Shown here one piece after another: positions 18,722 through 28,553 of a stretch of DNA of 52,510 nucleotides. The stretch lies in IMG/VR virus record IMGVR_UViG_3300033067_002302, positions 1 to 52,510 of that record. The stretch is one strand, 5' to 3'. Origin of the DNA: a virus (taxonomy: Duplodnaviria; Caudoviricetes). The notes below the pieces were generated by a model that did not search any database, was not told the origin of the DNA, and was given only the letters and a program-made list of their open reading frames with translations. How positions within the stretch are numbered: the first letter of the stretch is position 1; each line of letters starts with the position of its first letter. Position numbers and translations under genes: made by a program.

Positions 18722-20089
18722 TCACAGCGAGAGGGAGCGGAGCGGAACGAGCTTCAAGCGCGTCATCGTCCCCGCCTCGCGCGAGCGCGAGAACGTCCGG
18801 GCGTAGATGAAGCGGGTGTCGTCGATCCCGCTGGCTTCATCGACGACGTTGGCCGTCGTGTTGATCGCGTAGAGCGCGCGGCCCTGGCCGTGCTCGGGCA
18901 CCGAGACCTCGATGCGGTCGCTCGCAGCGCGCCCTTCGGCGAGCGCGCGGTCGGCCATGCGCTGCGCCTCAGCCGTGCTGCGGATCGTCGCGTCCTGGAT
19001 CACGCGTTCGCGCGTGAACGTCACTTCGGCGTCCAGCGCCTCAGCTCGGATGCGTGCTCGAGAGGCATCCGAGCGCGAGCGCCCGATCACCGTGACTTTC
19101 GAGAAGCGCGTGGCGTACGACCGCCGCACCTGCAGCCCGATCGTGTTGTTCGGATCGGAGGGGACGCTCTCGAACCTCCGCACGAAGCGGTAGAGCGGCT
19201 CCGAGACGTAGTCCGGCGCGCCGAGCACGAGCTCTCCGCGCGCGCTCATCCACATCATGATCCCGATGCGGTCGGCGTGGCGCGCGAGGAACGACCAACA
19301 GTCCTCGTTCGCGCGCGGCGACGCCTCGGCGAGCGTGATCCGCTCGATGTCCGATCCCGTCATTCCGTTGGAGGCCCGGCCGCGAGCACGTGCCGCTCGA
19401 GCGCGTGCGGCGGCCGACAGCCGATCCCACTCGGCCTGTCCCACGGCTTCGTCGAGCGGATGGTGCTCTCGCTGTGCACGACGTACCACGTCGGACGAGA
19501 TCCACTCCTCCATCACGCCCTCGCGGAGGGCGCGCTCGGCGCGGAGCCGCTGCGCTGCCGTACGACCGCCGAGGCCGGTGAGCAGCTCGCGGTTGGTGCT
19601 CGTGTCGGTCACCACGTCGATCGACCACGGAGCGCAGATCGCGCGCGCGAGCTCGATGAAGGTGGCGTTCTGGCCGAGCGACCGCACCACGCCGAGCGGC
19701 GCGGCCGAGTCGCAGAGGTACGCGGCGCGGTCGCGACCCGAGACCCGGATCACCGTCCCGGACTCGCGCGTCGTGTCGATGTCCACGTCATCGATCACGC
19801 CCGTCATCTGCAGGTCGTTGACCCGGAGGCGGTCCTCGGTGCCGTCAGTCACGTACACGCGCACCGCCGCGCCAGGCGCCGCAGCGTCGCGGAACCGCGC
19901 GATCCGATCGCGGGCTGCCCGGCCACGGCCGCCAGCGGCGACGGTGAACGAGAACGCGTCGGCCGGCGTGAGCATGTCGCTGTCGATCTCGTACTCGGTC
20001 CACTCGCGGAACGAGACCGAGTCGTCGCTCGGTGCGCCGCTGCGTGCGCCTCCGATCACGAGGGTCGCGAACGCGCGACTGCGGCTCAT
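18722..20089 (-). CDS. baseplate hub (Mu gp44/gpP-like)
   Basis: W.EY.IDSDM..PADAFSF...MTG.ID...V.GRDRAA.L.D. Confidence 0.88.
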   Translation of the reverse strand: MSRSRAFATLVIGGARSGAPSDDSVSFREWTEYEIDSDMLTPADAFSFTVAAGGRGRAARDRIARFRDAAAPGAAVRVYVTDGTEDRLRVNDLQMTGVIDDVDIDTTRESGTVIRVSGRDRAAYLCDSAAPLGVVRSLGQNATFIELARAICAPWSIDVVTDTSTNRELLTGLGGRTAAQRLRAERALREGVMEEWISSDVVRRAQREHHPLDEAVGQAEWDRLSAAARARAARARGRASNGMTGSDIERITLAEASPRANEDCWSFLARHADRIGIMMWMSARGELVLGAPDYVSEPLYRFVRRFESVPSDPNNTIGLQVRRSYATRFSKVTVIGRSRSDASRARIRAEALDAEVTFTRERVIQDATIRSTAEAQRMADRALAEGRAASDRIEVSVPEHGQGRALYAINTTANVVDEASGIDDTRFIYARTFSRSREAGTMTRLKLVPLRSLSL

Positions 20090-22068
20090 CGCGTCCTCGC
20101 CGGCGTACGACGCTCCGCGCTCGTGGTGGGCGCGAGAGGCGAGCCGGTGGGCGTCTCCGGCATCGACGACGCGACCGCGGAGCCAATCTGCGCGATGGTC
20201 GCCTCGCCGAGCTCCACGCGCGAGCCGGGCGCCAGCGCCACGGCCGTCCCGGGCTCTAGGCGCACGTTGCGCTGGATCTCCTTCGCGCGGTCGCCGACAG
20301 TGCCGAGCTGCCCGAACAGCTCTGTGGCGGCCGCTGCCGCGGCGGCGATCGGGATGCCGCCGACACCAGCGCCAAGCGCGCTGCGCGAGACGGCGCCGCC
20401 GACATTGGACACCCCCGCACGCGTCTCTGGCGAGAGGTCGGCGATCATCGCCGCGAGGGCTGGCGCGATCGACTGCTGCACCACCTCGCCGAGCATCGGG
20501 ACGCTGCCGAGCATCCCGAGGAGGCCCTCCGACCCGGTCTGCCTCACGGCTTCTTGGAACGCGAGGTGCTCGTTCGCCGTTGTCACTCGCGGCTGAAGCT
20601 GCTGGATGCCCTCGACTTCTCCCTGCACCGCGATCGCGCGAGATGTATAGGCCGAAGTGCTGTGAACGCGCTGGATGTCCTCTGCGCGGCGACGCGCTGC
20701 GGCGTCAGCATCAACCGAGATCAGCTGATCGACGCTCGGGCGGTTCTGCGTCGGTGCGGTCTGCGCTCGGGTGAGCGTGTCCACGGCGAGGCGCGCCTCG
20801 CTGCGGCGGAACACCTCGTTCGTACTCCCGATGCCATGCACCGTGGACATGTCGCGGATGAGCTGCGGGTAGTCGATCGTGCCGTCGTCGTGGATGGCGG
20901 TGGTGCCGCCCTCCCAATGCGCGCTCGCGCCATGTCCAACACGGTGACCGCCGGTCGCCTCGCGCAGGCGATCGCGAGTGCGCTGGTCACCCATCGATCC
21001 CATGAGCGCGTGCACCTGCGTCGCCGCTTCCGAGTCGCTCTGCGCGCCCGGCCGCACGACGTTCGCGAGCGCGAGGAGCTGCCGGAGCGCGTCCTCGCCT
21101 TGTAGCCCGGTCTGCGACTGGAACTGGCCGAGCAGACCACCGTAGTTCTCGGCGAACGACTCGGGGGTCACAGATCCCTGCAGGCCCGCCTCGGCGAGGA
21201 TGTCGAACGTACGCTGCGCAGTCGGCGCGGTGTCGCCGAGCTGCTGCCCAACGATCCCCACGAACTCCGCGAGCGTCTCCATGCTCGCGCCGGTGCGCTG
21301 CGCCTCGTCGGCAATCGCTTGCAGATCGCGCCGCCCCTGCCCGAACGCGGAGAACCGCTCCTGCATCGTCGAGAGCACGTTGAGCAGCTCGGTCGGCGAC
21401 TGGCCGGACGCAATGGCGACGCGATTGATCTCGTCGGCGAGGTCCGACATCTGCCGCGCGCGCTCTTCGGGGCTCATGTTCTGGAAGAACTCGCCGCTCG
21501 AACGCGCGAGCTGCAGCTCGAAGTCCTGCGCGGTCGCGGTGCGTTGCCCGATGTCCTGAACGCCCGCACGGCCGCCCACGGCGCTCGTGAGCGTCTCGAT
21601 CCGCTGCGTCATCGCGTCGAAGTAGGCGTTCATCGCCGCTGTAGCCTGCGCGATGCCCGCCCCGGTCACGCCCGCCGCGACGCCCATCTCGACGCGCCCG
21701 CGCTGCGCGCGCTGCTGATCGCGAAGCTGACGCACGCGCTCGGCCTGACGCTGCTGCTCGCGCGCCTGGCGCATGCGCATCGCGTAGATCGCGTTCGCCT
21801 CGCGCTGCGACTCTCGCATCGCGGTGCGCTCAGCCTGAGCCGTCGTCGCAGCGGCCTCACGTGCAACGCGTGCACGCGTCTGCGCTTCACGAGCAGCGAT
21901 GCGCTCACGAGCACGCGCGCTCTGCTGCGCCTCACGAACGCTCTGACGCTCAGCCTGCGCCTGCTCGCGCGCCGCCTGTCGTGCGCCCTGCGTGATCCCA
22001 CGCACCGCGCGCTGCACCGTCTCCTGGCCGACCGTGCGGATGCGGATGCGAAGAAGGCGCTCGGGCAT
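20086..22068 (-). CDS. tail tape measure protein
   Basis: Long helical Ala/Gln/Arg-rich protein upstream of the hub gene. Confidence 0.8.
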   Translation of the reverse strand: MPERLLRIRIRTVGQETVQRAVRGITQGARQAAREQAQAERQSVREAQQSARARERIAAREAQTRARVAREAAATTAQAERTAMRESQREANAIYAMRMRQAREQQRQAERVRQLRDQQRAQRGRVEMGVAAGVTGAGIAQATAAMNAYFDAMTQRIETLTSAVGGRAGVQDIGQRTATAQDFELQLARSSGEFFQNMSPEERARQMSDLADEINRVAIASGQSPTELLNVLSTMQERFSAFGQGRRDLQAIADEAQRTGASMETLAEFVGIVGQQLGDTAPTAQRTFDILAEAGLQGSVTPESFAENYGGLLGQFQSQTGLQGEDALRQLLALANVVRPGAQSDSEAATQVHALMGSMGDQRTRDRLREATGGHRVGHGASAHWEGGTTAIHDDGTIDYPQLIRDMSTVHGIGSTNEVFRRSEARLAVDTLTRAQTAPTQNRPSVDQLISVDADAAARRRAEDIQRVHSTSAYTSRAIAVQGEVEGIQQLQPRVTTANEHLAFQEAVRQTGSEGLLGMLGSVPMLGEVVQQSIAPALAAMIADLSPETRAGVSNVGGAVSRSALGAGVGGIPIAAAAAAATELFGQLGTVGDRAKEIQRNVRLEPGTAVALAPGSRVELGEATIAQIGSAVASSMPETPTGSPLAPTTSAERRTPARTR

Positions 22069-22083
22069 GTTCGTCCTCGTCCG

Positions 22084-23025
22084 CTACCGAGCAGCGACCT
22101 GGATCACCGCGCCAGCCGCGATGAAGAGCGGATTCAGGCCCGGGTTGCGGAGCATGATCTCCTCGGCGCGCGTCTCGTCGCCGTAGAGCTGCGTCGAGAG
22201 CTCGAACACACTGATCGTGTCGGCGATGGCCTGCTCGACCACCGGGGCGGCGTCGGCGAAGGCGCGCTCGCCCTGCGAGGTCGCAGCCGCAGCGAACAGC
22301 ATCGCCGCGTGCATCGCGCTCGCGTTCGCCGGGTCGAGCAGCTCGGGAAGCTCGAGGAGCACCTGCGCGCGGGCGCGGAGCACGTCCACCGTGGCCGCGA
22401 TCTGCTCGGTCGAGACGATCACGCTCGCCGCGATGTCCTCGGCGAAGCGCTGACCCATCGTCGCCCACAGCGTGCCCGTGTTGAATGCGGCCTCGATGTC
22501 GGAGAGTCCCACGCCCGCGCGGGTCAGCGACGTGATCACGTTCGGCTCGCTCACGCCCGCCTGCTCGAGCTCGTCGTCGAGCGCGGCGCCGGCGCTCTCG
22601 GTGTTCGGCTGCGGGCGCAGCTCACGGAACGCCACGCCGATGTCGAGATCGTCCTCGACGAGCGTGATCGTCGTCATCACGCCGTCGCGCATCGTCGCCG
22701 CGAGGTCGCTCGACCACGGCTTGACCGACACGTGCATCGTGCCGAGCTCATGATCGCGGTACTCGAGGTCGTCGGGCGGATCCTCGAGCAGCGAGCGCAC
22801 CTGGTCCCAGAGGTCCGGGTAGTGCGTCGCGTCCACGTCGGCGAAGAACGCGAGCTGCAGCTCGAACGTGTAGGGCTCGCGCCCCATGTCTTCGGTGCTC
22901 TGGCCGTCGCGATTCGGGTAGCGCCGATCGACCGTGGCCCGCCCGCCCGAGAGCTTGCGGTGCACCACGGGCAGGTCGAGCCCGCCGAGCTGGCACGTCG
23001 GCATGCTCTCGTCGAAGAAGCCCAT
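22084..23025 (-). CDS. Mu gpN-like DNA circularisation / tail tube initiator protein
   Basis: GGR.....YPNRDG..TEDMGR N-terminus; C-terminal LYGD.TRAEEI..RNP.L.PLFI..G. Confidence 0.88.
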   Translation of the reverse strand: MGFFDESMPTCQLGGLDLPVVHRKLSGGRATVDRRYPNRDGQSTEDMGREPYTFELQLAFFADVDATHYPDLWDQVRSLLEDPPDDLEYRDHELGTMHVSVKPWSSDLAATMRDGVMTTITLVEDDLDIGVAFRELRPQPNTESAGAALDDELEQAGVSEPNVITSLTRAGVGLSDIEAAFNTGTLWATMGQRFAEDIAASVIVSTEQIAATVDVLRARAQVLLELPELLDPANASAMHAAMLFAAAATSQGERAFADAAPVVEQAIADTISVFELSTQLYGDETRAEEIMLRNPGLNPLFIAAGAVIQVAAR

Positions 23026-23170
23026 GGCTCACCTCAGCACTGCACGAGGCCGACCGACTCCGACCACCACCGCAACCGAACCGCGTCGAACGAGCGCATG
23101 CACACCGTGATGCGGTGGCCTGCCCGCCCCTGCCGCCGCGGGATGACGATCGAGTACTCGTCCATCGGGA

Positions 23171-23695
23171 TCACTTCGATGCGATGTGAGCGGCGAGCGA
23201 GAGGACGAGCCGCACGAGACCCGACGGCTCGATCGACGAAATGGCGGTGGGGCCGCCTGCGACGATGGCCGCCGTCAGCTCGGGGATCTTGTCGGCCTCG
23301 ATGCGCTGCATCGGGCACGTGCGGTCCTGGTGCTCGAGGTAGAGCCGGAACAGCGCCTCGATCACCGCCGCGGGGAGCTCGCGCAGGTCCGCGTCGGACG
23401 GGAACAGCGAGACGTGGCCGCCCTCGCGCGCCTCGGGGTCGAGCAGCGCGCGCCAGACGATCTGCCGCTGCACCTCGCGCTCGAGGAACTCGGGGTCGAG
23501 CGAGAGGTCGGCCTTGCTCCGCGTCGCGTACCGCTGCGCCTCGATGCGCGCGAGATCGATCTCGCGGTCGCTGAGCAGCCGCACGAGCACCACGGCGCCG
23601 TCGATGCCGGGGAACGGGTAGCTCGCGGGCGCACGCCGCGCCTTGATGGCCGCGTCGATGCTCGCCTTCGGGCTGCTCGTCGTCTCGGTCGTCAT
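23171..23695 (-). CDS. tail assembly chaperone (paralog 2)
   Basis: Position after tube; shares motifs with 23708-24295. Confidence 0.7.
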   Translation of the reverse strand: MTTETTSSPKASIDAAIKARRAPASYPFPGIDGAVVLVRLLSDREIDLARIEAQRYATRSKADLSLDPEFLEREVQRQIVWRALLDPEAREGGHVSLFPSDADLRELPAAVIEALFRLYLEHQDRTCPMQRIEADKIPELTAAIVAGGPTAISSIEPSGLVRLVLSLAAHIASK

Positions 23696-23707
23696 CGTCG
23701 GCCTCTC

Positions 23708-24295
23708 TCACCCCAGCGCGGCGAGGTAGTACGCCTGCCAGTGCGTCACCTGCTCGAATGGCACGCCGAAGAACTCCGCGGCGCTCGCGCGACGGGCGCG
23801 CAGACGGTCGTCGCCGCGCTTATCCGCCCGCTCGCGGAGGTCGGCGTACAAGCGCTTGACCTCGCCCTCGTCGAGCTGCGGGTAGGCGCGCAGCGTCGCC
23901 TCGTCGAGCGCGGCGAGGAGTGCGAGGAGCACGTCCTCGGGTAGCTGGCCCAGCTCCGAGAGCCGGTAGAGCGGGCGGCGTGCGCCGTCAGCGAAGGCCT
24001 CCGGGTCGAGCACGCACCGCGCGAGCATCATGCGCTCGAGGCGCGTCGCTCGCTGCTGCGGGCTCGCCTCGATGCCGTCGAGCGCGAGCGTGTCGCGCGC
24101 TTCGTGCTCGAGCTCGGTGACCTCGGCGTCCGAGATGGCTCGAACGGGCAGCGCCACATCACCGACGCGCGCGATGGCCACGCATCGCGTGCCGCGCACC
24201 ACGTCGTCGATGGAGCGCGCCGCCTGAGCCTGCCTCGTCTCGGCCCGCCGTTCGCGGGCTCGCTCGAGGAACGCGCCGAGGTCGAGCCCCGGCAC
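23708..24295 (-). CDS. tail assembly chaperone (paralog 1)
   Basis: Directly after tail tube; shares motifs with 23171-23695. Confidence 0.7.
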   Translation of the reverse strand: MPGLDLGAFLERARERRAETRQAQAARSIDDVVRGTRCVAIARVGDVALPVRAISDAEVTELEHEARDTLALDGIEASPQQRATRLERMMLARCVLDPEAFADGARRPLYRLSELGQLPEDVLLALLAALDEATLRAYPQLDEGEVKRLYADLRERADKRGDDRLRARRASAAEFFGVPFEQVTHWQAYYLAALG

Positions 24296-24297
24296 GA

Positions 24298-24681
24298 TCA
24301 GAACGTCGCGCCGAGCTGCTTGCCGGTCGCCTTCACGGTGACGCTCGCGGCGCCGGACACGTCGAACGACCGATCACGCGAGTCGAGCCGCACCGTGTAC
24401 GTCTCCGTCACGCCCGCGGCCTTCACGCGCACCGTGCAGTTCAGCCGGAGCTTGAGCGCGCGGTAGTAGTCGGCCTCCATGCCCGCCTTCGGCATCGCCG
24501 AGTCCCACGAGAGCTCGGCCTTGAGCGGGCCGGCCGCCATCCCCGCCAGGCCGTGCACCGTGGTGTTCACCTCGGTGTTCTGGCTCATGTCGGTGATCGT
24601 GACCTTGCTGATCTCCGCGAGGAGGCGGCCCTGGAAGTACAGCTCGCCACCGGACTCGTAGGACTTCAGCGCTTCGCTCAT
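24298..24681 (-). CDS. tail tube protein
   Basis: 127-aa beta-rich protein immediately after the sheath. Confidence 0.8.
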   Translation of the reverse strand: MSEALKSYESGGELYFQGRLLAEISKVTITDMSQNTEVNTTVHGLAGMAAGPLKAELSWDSAMPKAGMEADYYRALKLRLNCTVRVKAAGVTETYTVRLDSRDRSFDVSGAASVTVKATGKQLGATF

Positions 24682-24744
24682 GGCGTGACCTCGTGCGGCT
24701 CAGGGGGCGGCGTGGATGTCGATCAGGCTCGCGCGCGCGGCGCG

Positions 24745-26208
24745 TCAGCCGATCTGGTTGATCGTGGTGTCGAGCTGGTAGAGCCCCTCGACCACGTCGA
24801 GCGGGATGGTCGCGCGCGCGCGGCCCGCCGGAGACCCCGGGATCGTCACCACGAGGTTCGGCATGTTCGCATCGACGTTCGAGAGCATCTCGGGCTCGAG
24901 CGCCTTCTCCTGCTCGTAGATCCACTGACGGATCGAGCTCGGCGTCGCGACACCCGGATCGGGCGCCACGTCGTCGGTCGGATCGGGGCCGAGCTTCGGG
25001 TTCTGCGCGACGTACGCCGGCCAGTTCACCTGCAGCTGGTCGGCGAAGTAGTCCGGCACCGTCACCTTCGCGGTGTCGAGCACCGCGTAGTTCGGCTGGC
25101 CGTTCACGTCCTGGCTGCGGCTCGTGATCGAGCGGACGACGTAGAGCACGCCCGCGCGCGAGGCGACGAGCGGCGTCAGGCCGTTGTTGAGCGCGCTGGT
25201 GATCTGCGTGCCCGTCGGGCGGTTCGCGAGCGACGGCTGCACGTGCAGGCCGGGGACGCTCGTGCCGTGCTGCATCGACATCGGCGAGGCCGGATCGATG
25301 CTCTCGAGGTAGGCGCGGCGCGCGGCGACGGCCGCTGCGATCTCGCCCGGCAGGTCGTCGGCCGCGTTGTGCCAGACGATCTGGACGCGCGACTCGTTCA
25401 CGCCGACCGCGAGGGTCGTGCTGTTCGCGAGGGTGTCGATGCTCGCCGCGACCACCGCCTGGCGGATGCCGACGAGCGGGCCCGCGGCGGTCTGCACGTG
25501 CGTGCGCCAGCCCTGCAGCTCGGCGAGCACGTTGTGCGCGACGGCGATCAAGTGGAACCGCATCGTGGCCATGTTGGCCTGCGCGGTCGTGAGCGTGTCG
25601 GAGCCGAGGCCGCCCGTGAGGTGGCCGCTCGCGTGCGTCCACGTGATGCCCGTGGTCGTGCCCGAGCTCGCGAGGTTGATGAGGTTGCCGCGCAGGCCCT
25701 TGTGGCGCGCGGTGATCGTCACGACGCCGACCGCCGGCGAGGCCGTCACGGGCCAGTTGGGCATCGCGTTGATCGCGCCCGCGACGAGCGCCGCCGCCGC
25801 GGTGAGCGTCGAGCCGGACGGGATGAGCACGCTGGTGCTCTCGCCGACGCACGTGATCGTGATGGTGCCGTCGGCCGTCGAGGGGCCGCCGCCGCCCGCC
25901 GTGATGGTCGAGGTGGCCGCCGTGCCGCCCGCCGGAGGCGTGAGCGGCGTGCACCAGAGCACCGCGGACGCGTCCACGGCGAACGCCGCGCGCACCATGC
26001 GGTGGATCTCGGAGCCCTGGCCGAAGTACGTGATCGCGTCCGACTCGCTCGTGACCGCGATCGGCGTATCGGCCGTCGCGGTGCCCGTCGCGAGCATCTC
26101 GCCCACGAGGCACACGATGCGCGGCGCGTCGGCGGCCGACACGGGGCCGACGCCGAACACCAGCTCGAGGTAGATGCCGGGCGTCTTGTTCGAGGCCGAG
26201 ATGGTCAT
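24745..26208 (-). CDS. tail sheath protein (Mu gpL-like)
   Basis: PGIYLE...FGQGSEIHRM...TARHKGLRGN.I...ALNNGLTPL...RSITS. Confidence 0.95.
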   Translation of the reverse strand: MTISASNKTPGIYLELVFGVGPVSAADAPRIVCLVGEMLATGTATADTPIAVTSESDAITYFGQGSEIHRMVRAAFAVDASAVLWCTPLTPPAGGTAATSTITAGGGGPSTADGTITITCVGESTSVLIPSGSTLTAAAALVAGAINAMPNWPVTASPAVGVVTITARHKGLRGNLINLASSGTTTGITWTHASGHLTGGLGSDTLTTAQANMATMRFHLIAVAHNVLAELQGWRTHVQTAAGPLVGIRQAVVAASIDTLANSTTLAVGVNESRVQIVWHNAADDLPGEIAAAVAARRAYLESIDPASPMSMQHGTSVPGLHVQPSLANRPTGTQITSALNNGLTPLVASRAGVLYVVRSITSRSQDVNGQPNYAVLDTAKVTVPDYFADQLQVNWPAYVAQNPKLGPDPTDDVAPDPGVATPSSIRQWIYEQEKALEPEMLSNVDANMPNLVVTIPGSPAGRARATIPLDVVEGLYQLDTTINQIG

Positions 26209-26570
26209 CGATCGCTCTCCTCGTCAGCGGCGCCGAGCACCGCGGGGATCGGCGCCGGCGTCGGCGTGGGCGCGCTCGCCGCACGCTCCTTCGCCACCGC
26301 GTCGGCGATGTACGCCTCGACCTCGGCGGCGCTCACCTCGCGCGCGTCGCCGCACATGATCGCGCGGCGGTAGTAGGTCGTCTCCTCGACCGCCACGTAC
26401 GGCGGATCGGAGACGACGTAGTCGTGCCCACCGGGCGCGCTCGCGACCACGGCAGGCGTGCCGATCTCGTCGGGGCGCGCGCGGCGGTGCCCGATGAACT
26501 CGCCCGGGCGCGAGGCCTCGAACGGCAGGAGCAAGCCGGCGCGAGCGGCGGCGACGTAGATGCGGGCCAT
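26205..26570 (-). CDS. hypothetical protein (small pre-sheath protein, Mu gp38-like position)
   Basis: YYRRAI.CGD motif and position before the sheath. Confidence 0.6.
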   Translation of the reverse strand: MARIYVAAARAGLLLPFEASRPGEFIGHRRARPDEIGTPAVVASAPGGHDYVVSDPPYVAVEETTYYRRAIMCGDAREVSAAEVEAYIADAVAKERAASAPTPTPAPIPAVLGAADEESDR

Positions 26571-26590
26571 GGTGCGGCAGTCCCTTCGGG

Positions 26591-27223
26591 TCAGGGGGCG
26601 GTGGCGATCGTCTCGACGAGGGGCTGCTCGGCGTCAGGCAGGCCGATCAGCTGGATCATCGCGTCGAGCGAGATGAGGTCTTGGAGCGCCGAGGTGTCGA
26701 ACGCCTGGCGGTGCATCAGCACCTGCGTCCCGACGAACGAGGGCTGCACGTCGCCCTCCCCGCTCGGCATGTCGTAGTCCACCGTGCGCTTGTTCTCGTC
26801 CACGTCGAACCAGCCGGCCGCGCGGAGCACGGTGGCGTTCGCGGAGAACGAGGGGTCGCGGCCTGCGCCGACGACGCGCACGAGCTCGTGCCAGACGTTC
26901 GAGAGCGCCGGCCAACGCAGGACGATGCGGTCCATCGGCGCGGCCGGCATGATGTACTCGAACGCCACGTCCACGCGGTACGCGACGCCCTTGGCGGCCC
27001 ACTCCACGTCGGTCGTCTCGCGCTTGCGGTAGATGAGCAGCGCGGGGAGGTTCGCCGCCGTCAGCAGCCGACGCGGCACGCGCCAGCCGAAGGTCGAGCG
27101 GACCGTCGGGTCCGTGCTCGGGTCCTGCGTCGGCACGTTCGCGTTCAGCGCGGCCTTGCACAAGCCGAGCAGCGCCGCGATCTGCGGATCGACGAACGCG
27201 TCGAGCGTCGCGGGCGCAGTCAT
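26591..27223 (-). CDS. putative tail terminator / completion protein
   Basis: ATG at 27223 (MTAPATLDAF); LPALLIYR motif; position. Confidence 0.65.
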   Translation of the reverse strand: MTAPATLDAFVDPQIAALLGLCKAALNANVPTQDPSTDPTVRSTFGWRVPRRLLTAANLPALLIYRKRETTDVEWAAKGVAYRVDVAFEYIMPAAPMDRIVLRWPALSNVWHELVRVVGAGRDPSFSANATVLRAAGWFDVDENKRTVDYDMPSGEGDVQPSFVGTQVLMHRQAFDTSALQDLISLDAMIQLIGLPDAEQPLVETIATAP

Positions 27224-27615
27224 CGGCGGCTGATCGCGAAGGAGGTCGCGTTGCCGCGCAGGATGCCGGTGACGGTGGGCGTGAGCCCGGCCATCTCGGC
27301 CTCGAAACGCTTGGCGGCGACGGAGTACTTGAAGGCGAAGACGCTGTCGGGCCCCGCGCTCGTGAGTGAGTGCCAGAGCAGCCACTTCTCGGCGCCGTAG
27401 AGCACGGCGCGCTTGAGCTCGGCGACGTTGCTGAGGTCGCCCTCACGGATGGGCGGCACGCGGCGACGGAGCGCCTCGAGCACCTCGTCGAGCGCCTGCT
27501 GGCGCGCCGGCGTGGCGTCCGACCAGTCGGGCGGCAAGAGGCGCGTCTGCCCGTTGAGCTGGCCGGCGAGGTAGTTCGCCAGCTCCGCCTCGGTGCACAC
27601 GGTCTCCACGTCCAT
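27220..27615 (-). CDS. putative head-tail adaptor
   Basis: CTEAEL..YL N-terminus, helical; position in neck region. Confidence 0.65.
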   Translation of the reverse strand: MDVETVCTEAELANYLAGQLNGQTRLLPPDWSDATPARQQALDEVLEALRRRVPPIREGDLSNVAELKRAVLYGAEKWLLWHSLTSAGPDSVFAFKYSVAAKRFEAEMAGLTPTVTGILRGNATSFAISRR

Positions 27616-27636
27616 CGGCGCACCTCGTCGTCGTGG

Positions 27637-28107
27637 TCAGCGGAAGCCCGCTCGCCGCATGGCGCGCTCGTACGCCTCTTCGAAGGCGCGGTGGATGTCG
27701 CCGGCCTTCGCCGACAGCGTGTTCTCGAAAAAGGGCTGCGGGCGCTGCCCGGGATGGTTCACGGCGCGCGCGAAGCGCACCTGGCCACCGACGGTGAAGC
27801 GCAGCGCGCGGGCGTTGCGCGCCTCGATGCGATGCGGTCGAGCGCCGTCGTGCACCGGGAGCGCGTAGGGCGCGTTCGCGAGCACGATCGTTTCGAGCCC
27901 GCTCTGCGGCGTGCCGTGCGGCCACGCGGACGCCTGGATGCTCTCTGCGAGCGCGCCCGTCACGTTCGGAGCGATGCGCTTGGCCTCGCTCTCGACCATC
28001 TCGCCGACCGCTCGATGCGCGGCGAAGAGCTCGAGCGCCGTCGCCGTCTCGAGCTGCGCGAGTCCTTCGACGAGATCGTCAGCGTCGATCTCGATCGAGG
28101 TCGTCAT
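27637..28107 (-). CDS. HK97 gp10-like neck protein
   Basis: AK..APNVTGALAESI...YA..VHDG.RPH.I....HPG..PQPFF. Confidence 0.85.
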   Translation of the reverse strand: MTTSIEIDADDLVEGLAQLETATALELFAAHRAVGEMVESEAKRIAPNVTGALAESIQASAWPHGTPQSGLETIVLANAPYALPVHDGARPHRIEARNARALRFTVGGQVRFARAVNHPGQRPQPFFENTLSAKAGDIHRAFEEAYERAMRRAGFR

Positions 28108-28553
28108 GCCGCGCGCCGTCGCCGGCCGGGCATGAGCTGCGGACCGGTCGGCGCAGCGCCCTCCACCGGCGCCTCGCTGGGCTCGCTGGGCGGCGGAGCG
28201 TCGGGATCGGGCGTGGGCTCGGTGGGCTCGGGCGCCTGGATGCGCCACGGCGCGACGGGGAGCCGCGCGAGGAGGTGGAGCGGGGCGACCGCATCCACGC
28301 ACTCCGGCATCGTGAAGCCGCGCGGCAGTTCGCCCCACGGCTCGAGGTAGAGGTCGCGCCCGTGCTCGGCGATGAGCAGGCGCAGCGGGCGCCCACACAC
28401 CGGCTCGGTGGCGAGCCCGCCCACGAACGACACCAGCCCGAGCGTCCCGCCGAACGTCGGAGACCGATGCACGAGGCGCCAAGCGCCCTGCATGATCCCG
28501 TTCGCGTCGATCGGGAGCTGCTCGAAGGTGGTGCCGTTCATGTCGTGGCTCAC
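28104..28553 (-). CDS. hypothetical protein after major capsid gene
   Basis: Coupled ORF (GTG 28553 or ATG 28541) with Pro-rich C-terminus. Confidence 0.6.
   Translation of the reverse strand: MSHDMNGTTFEQLPIDANGIMQGAWRLVHRSPTFGGTLGLVSFVGGLATEPVCGRPLRLLIAEHGRDLYLEPWGELPRGFTMPECVDAVAPLHLLARLPVAPWRIQAPEPTEPTPDPDAPPPSEPSEAPVEGAAPTGPQLMPGRRRRAA

Noticed and set aside
23034-23165. 43-aa ORF after the second chaperone (possible frameshift extension)
   Set aside because: Weak coding signal and no clear slippery sequence; not called
16119-26208. Transposable Mu-like phage or tailocin/eCIS
   Set aside because: Only the tail is Mu-like; there is no MuA/MuB, and a full head, packaging and replication set is present
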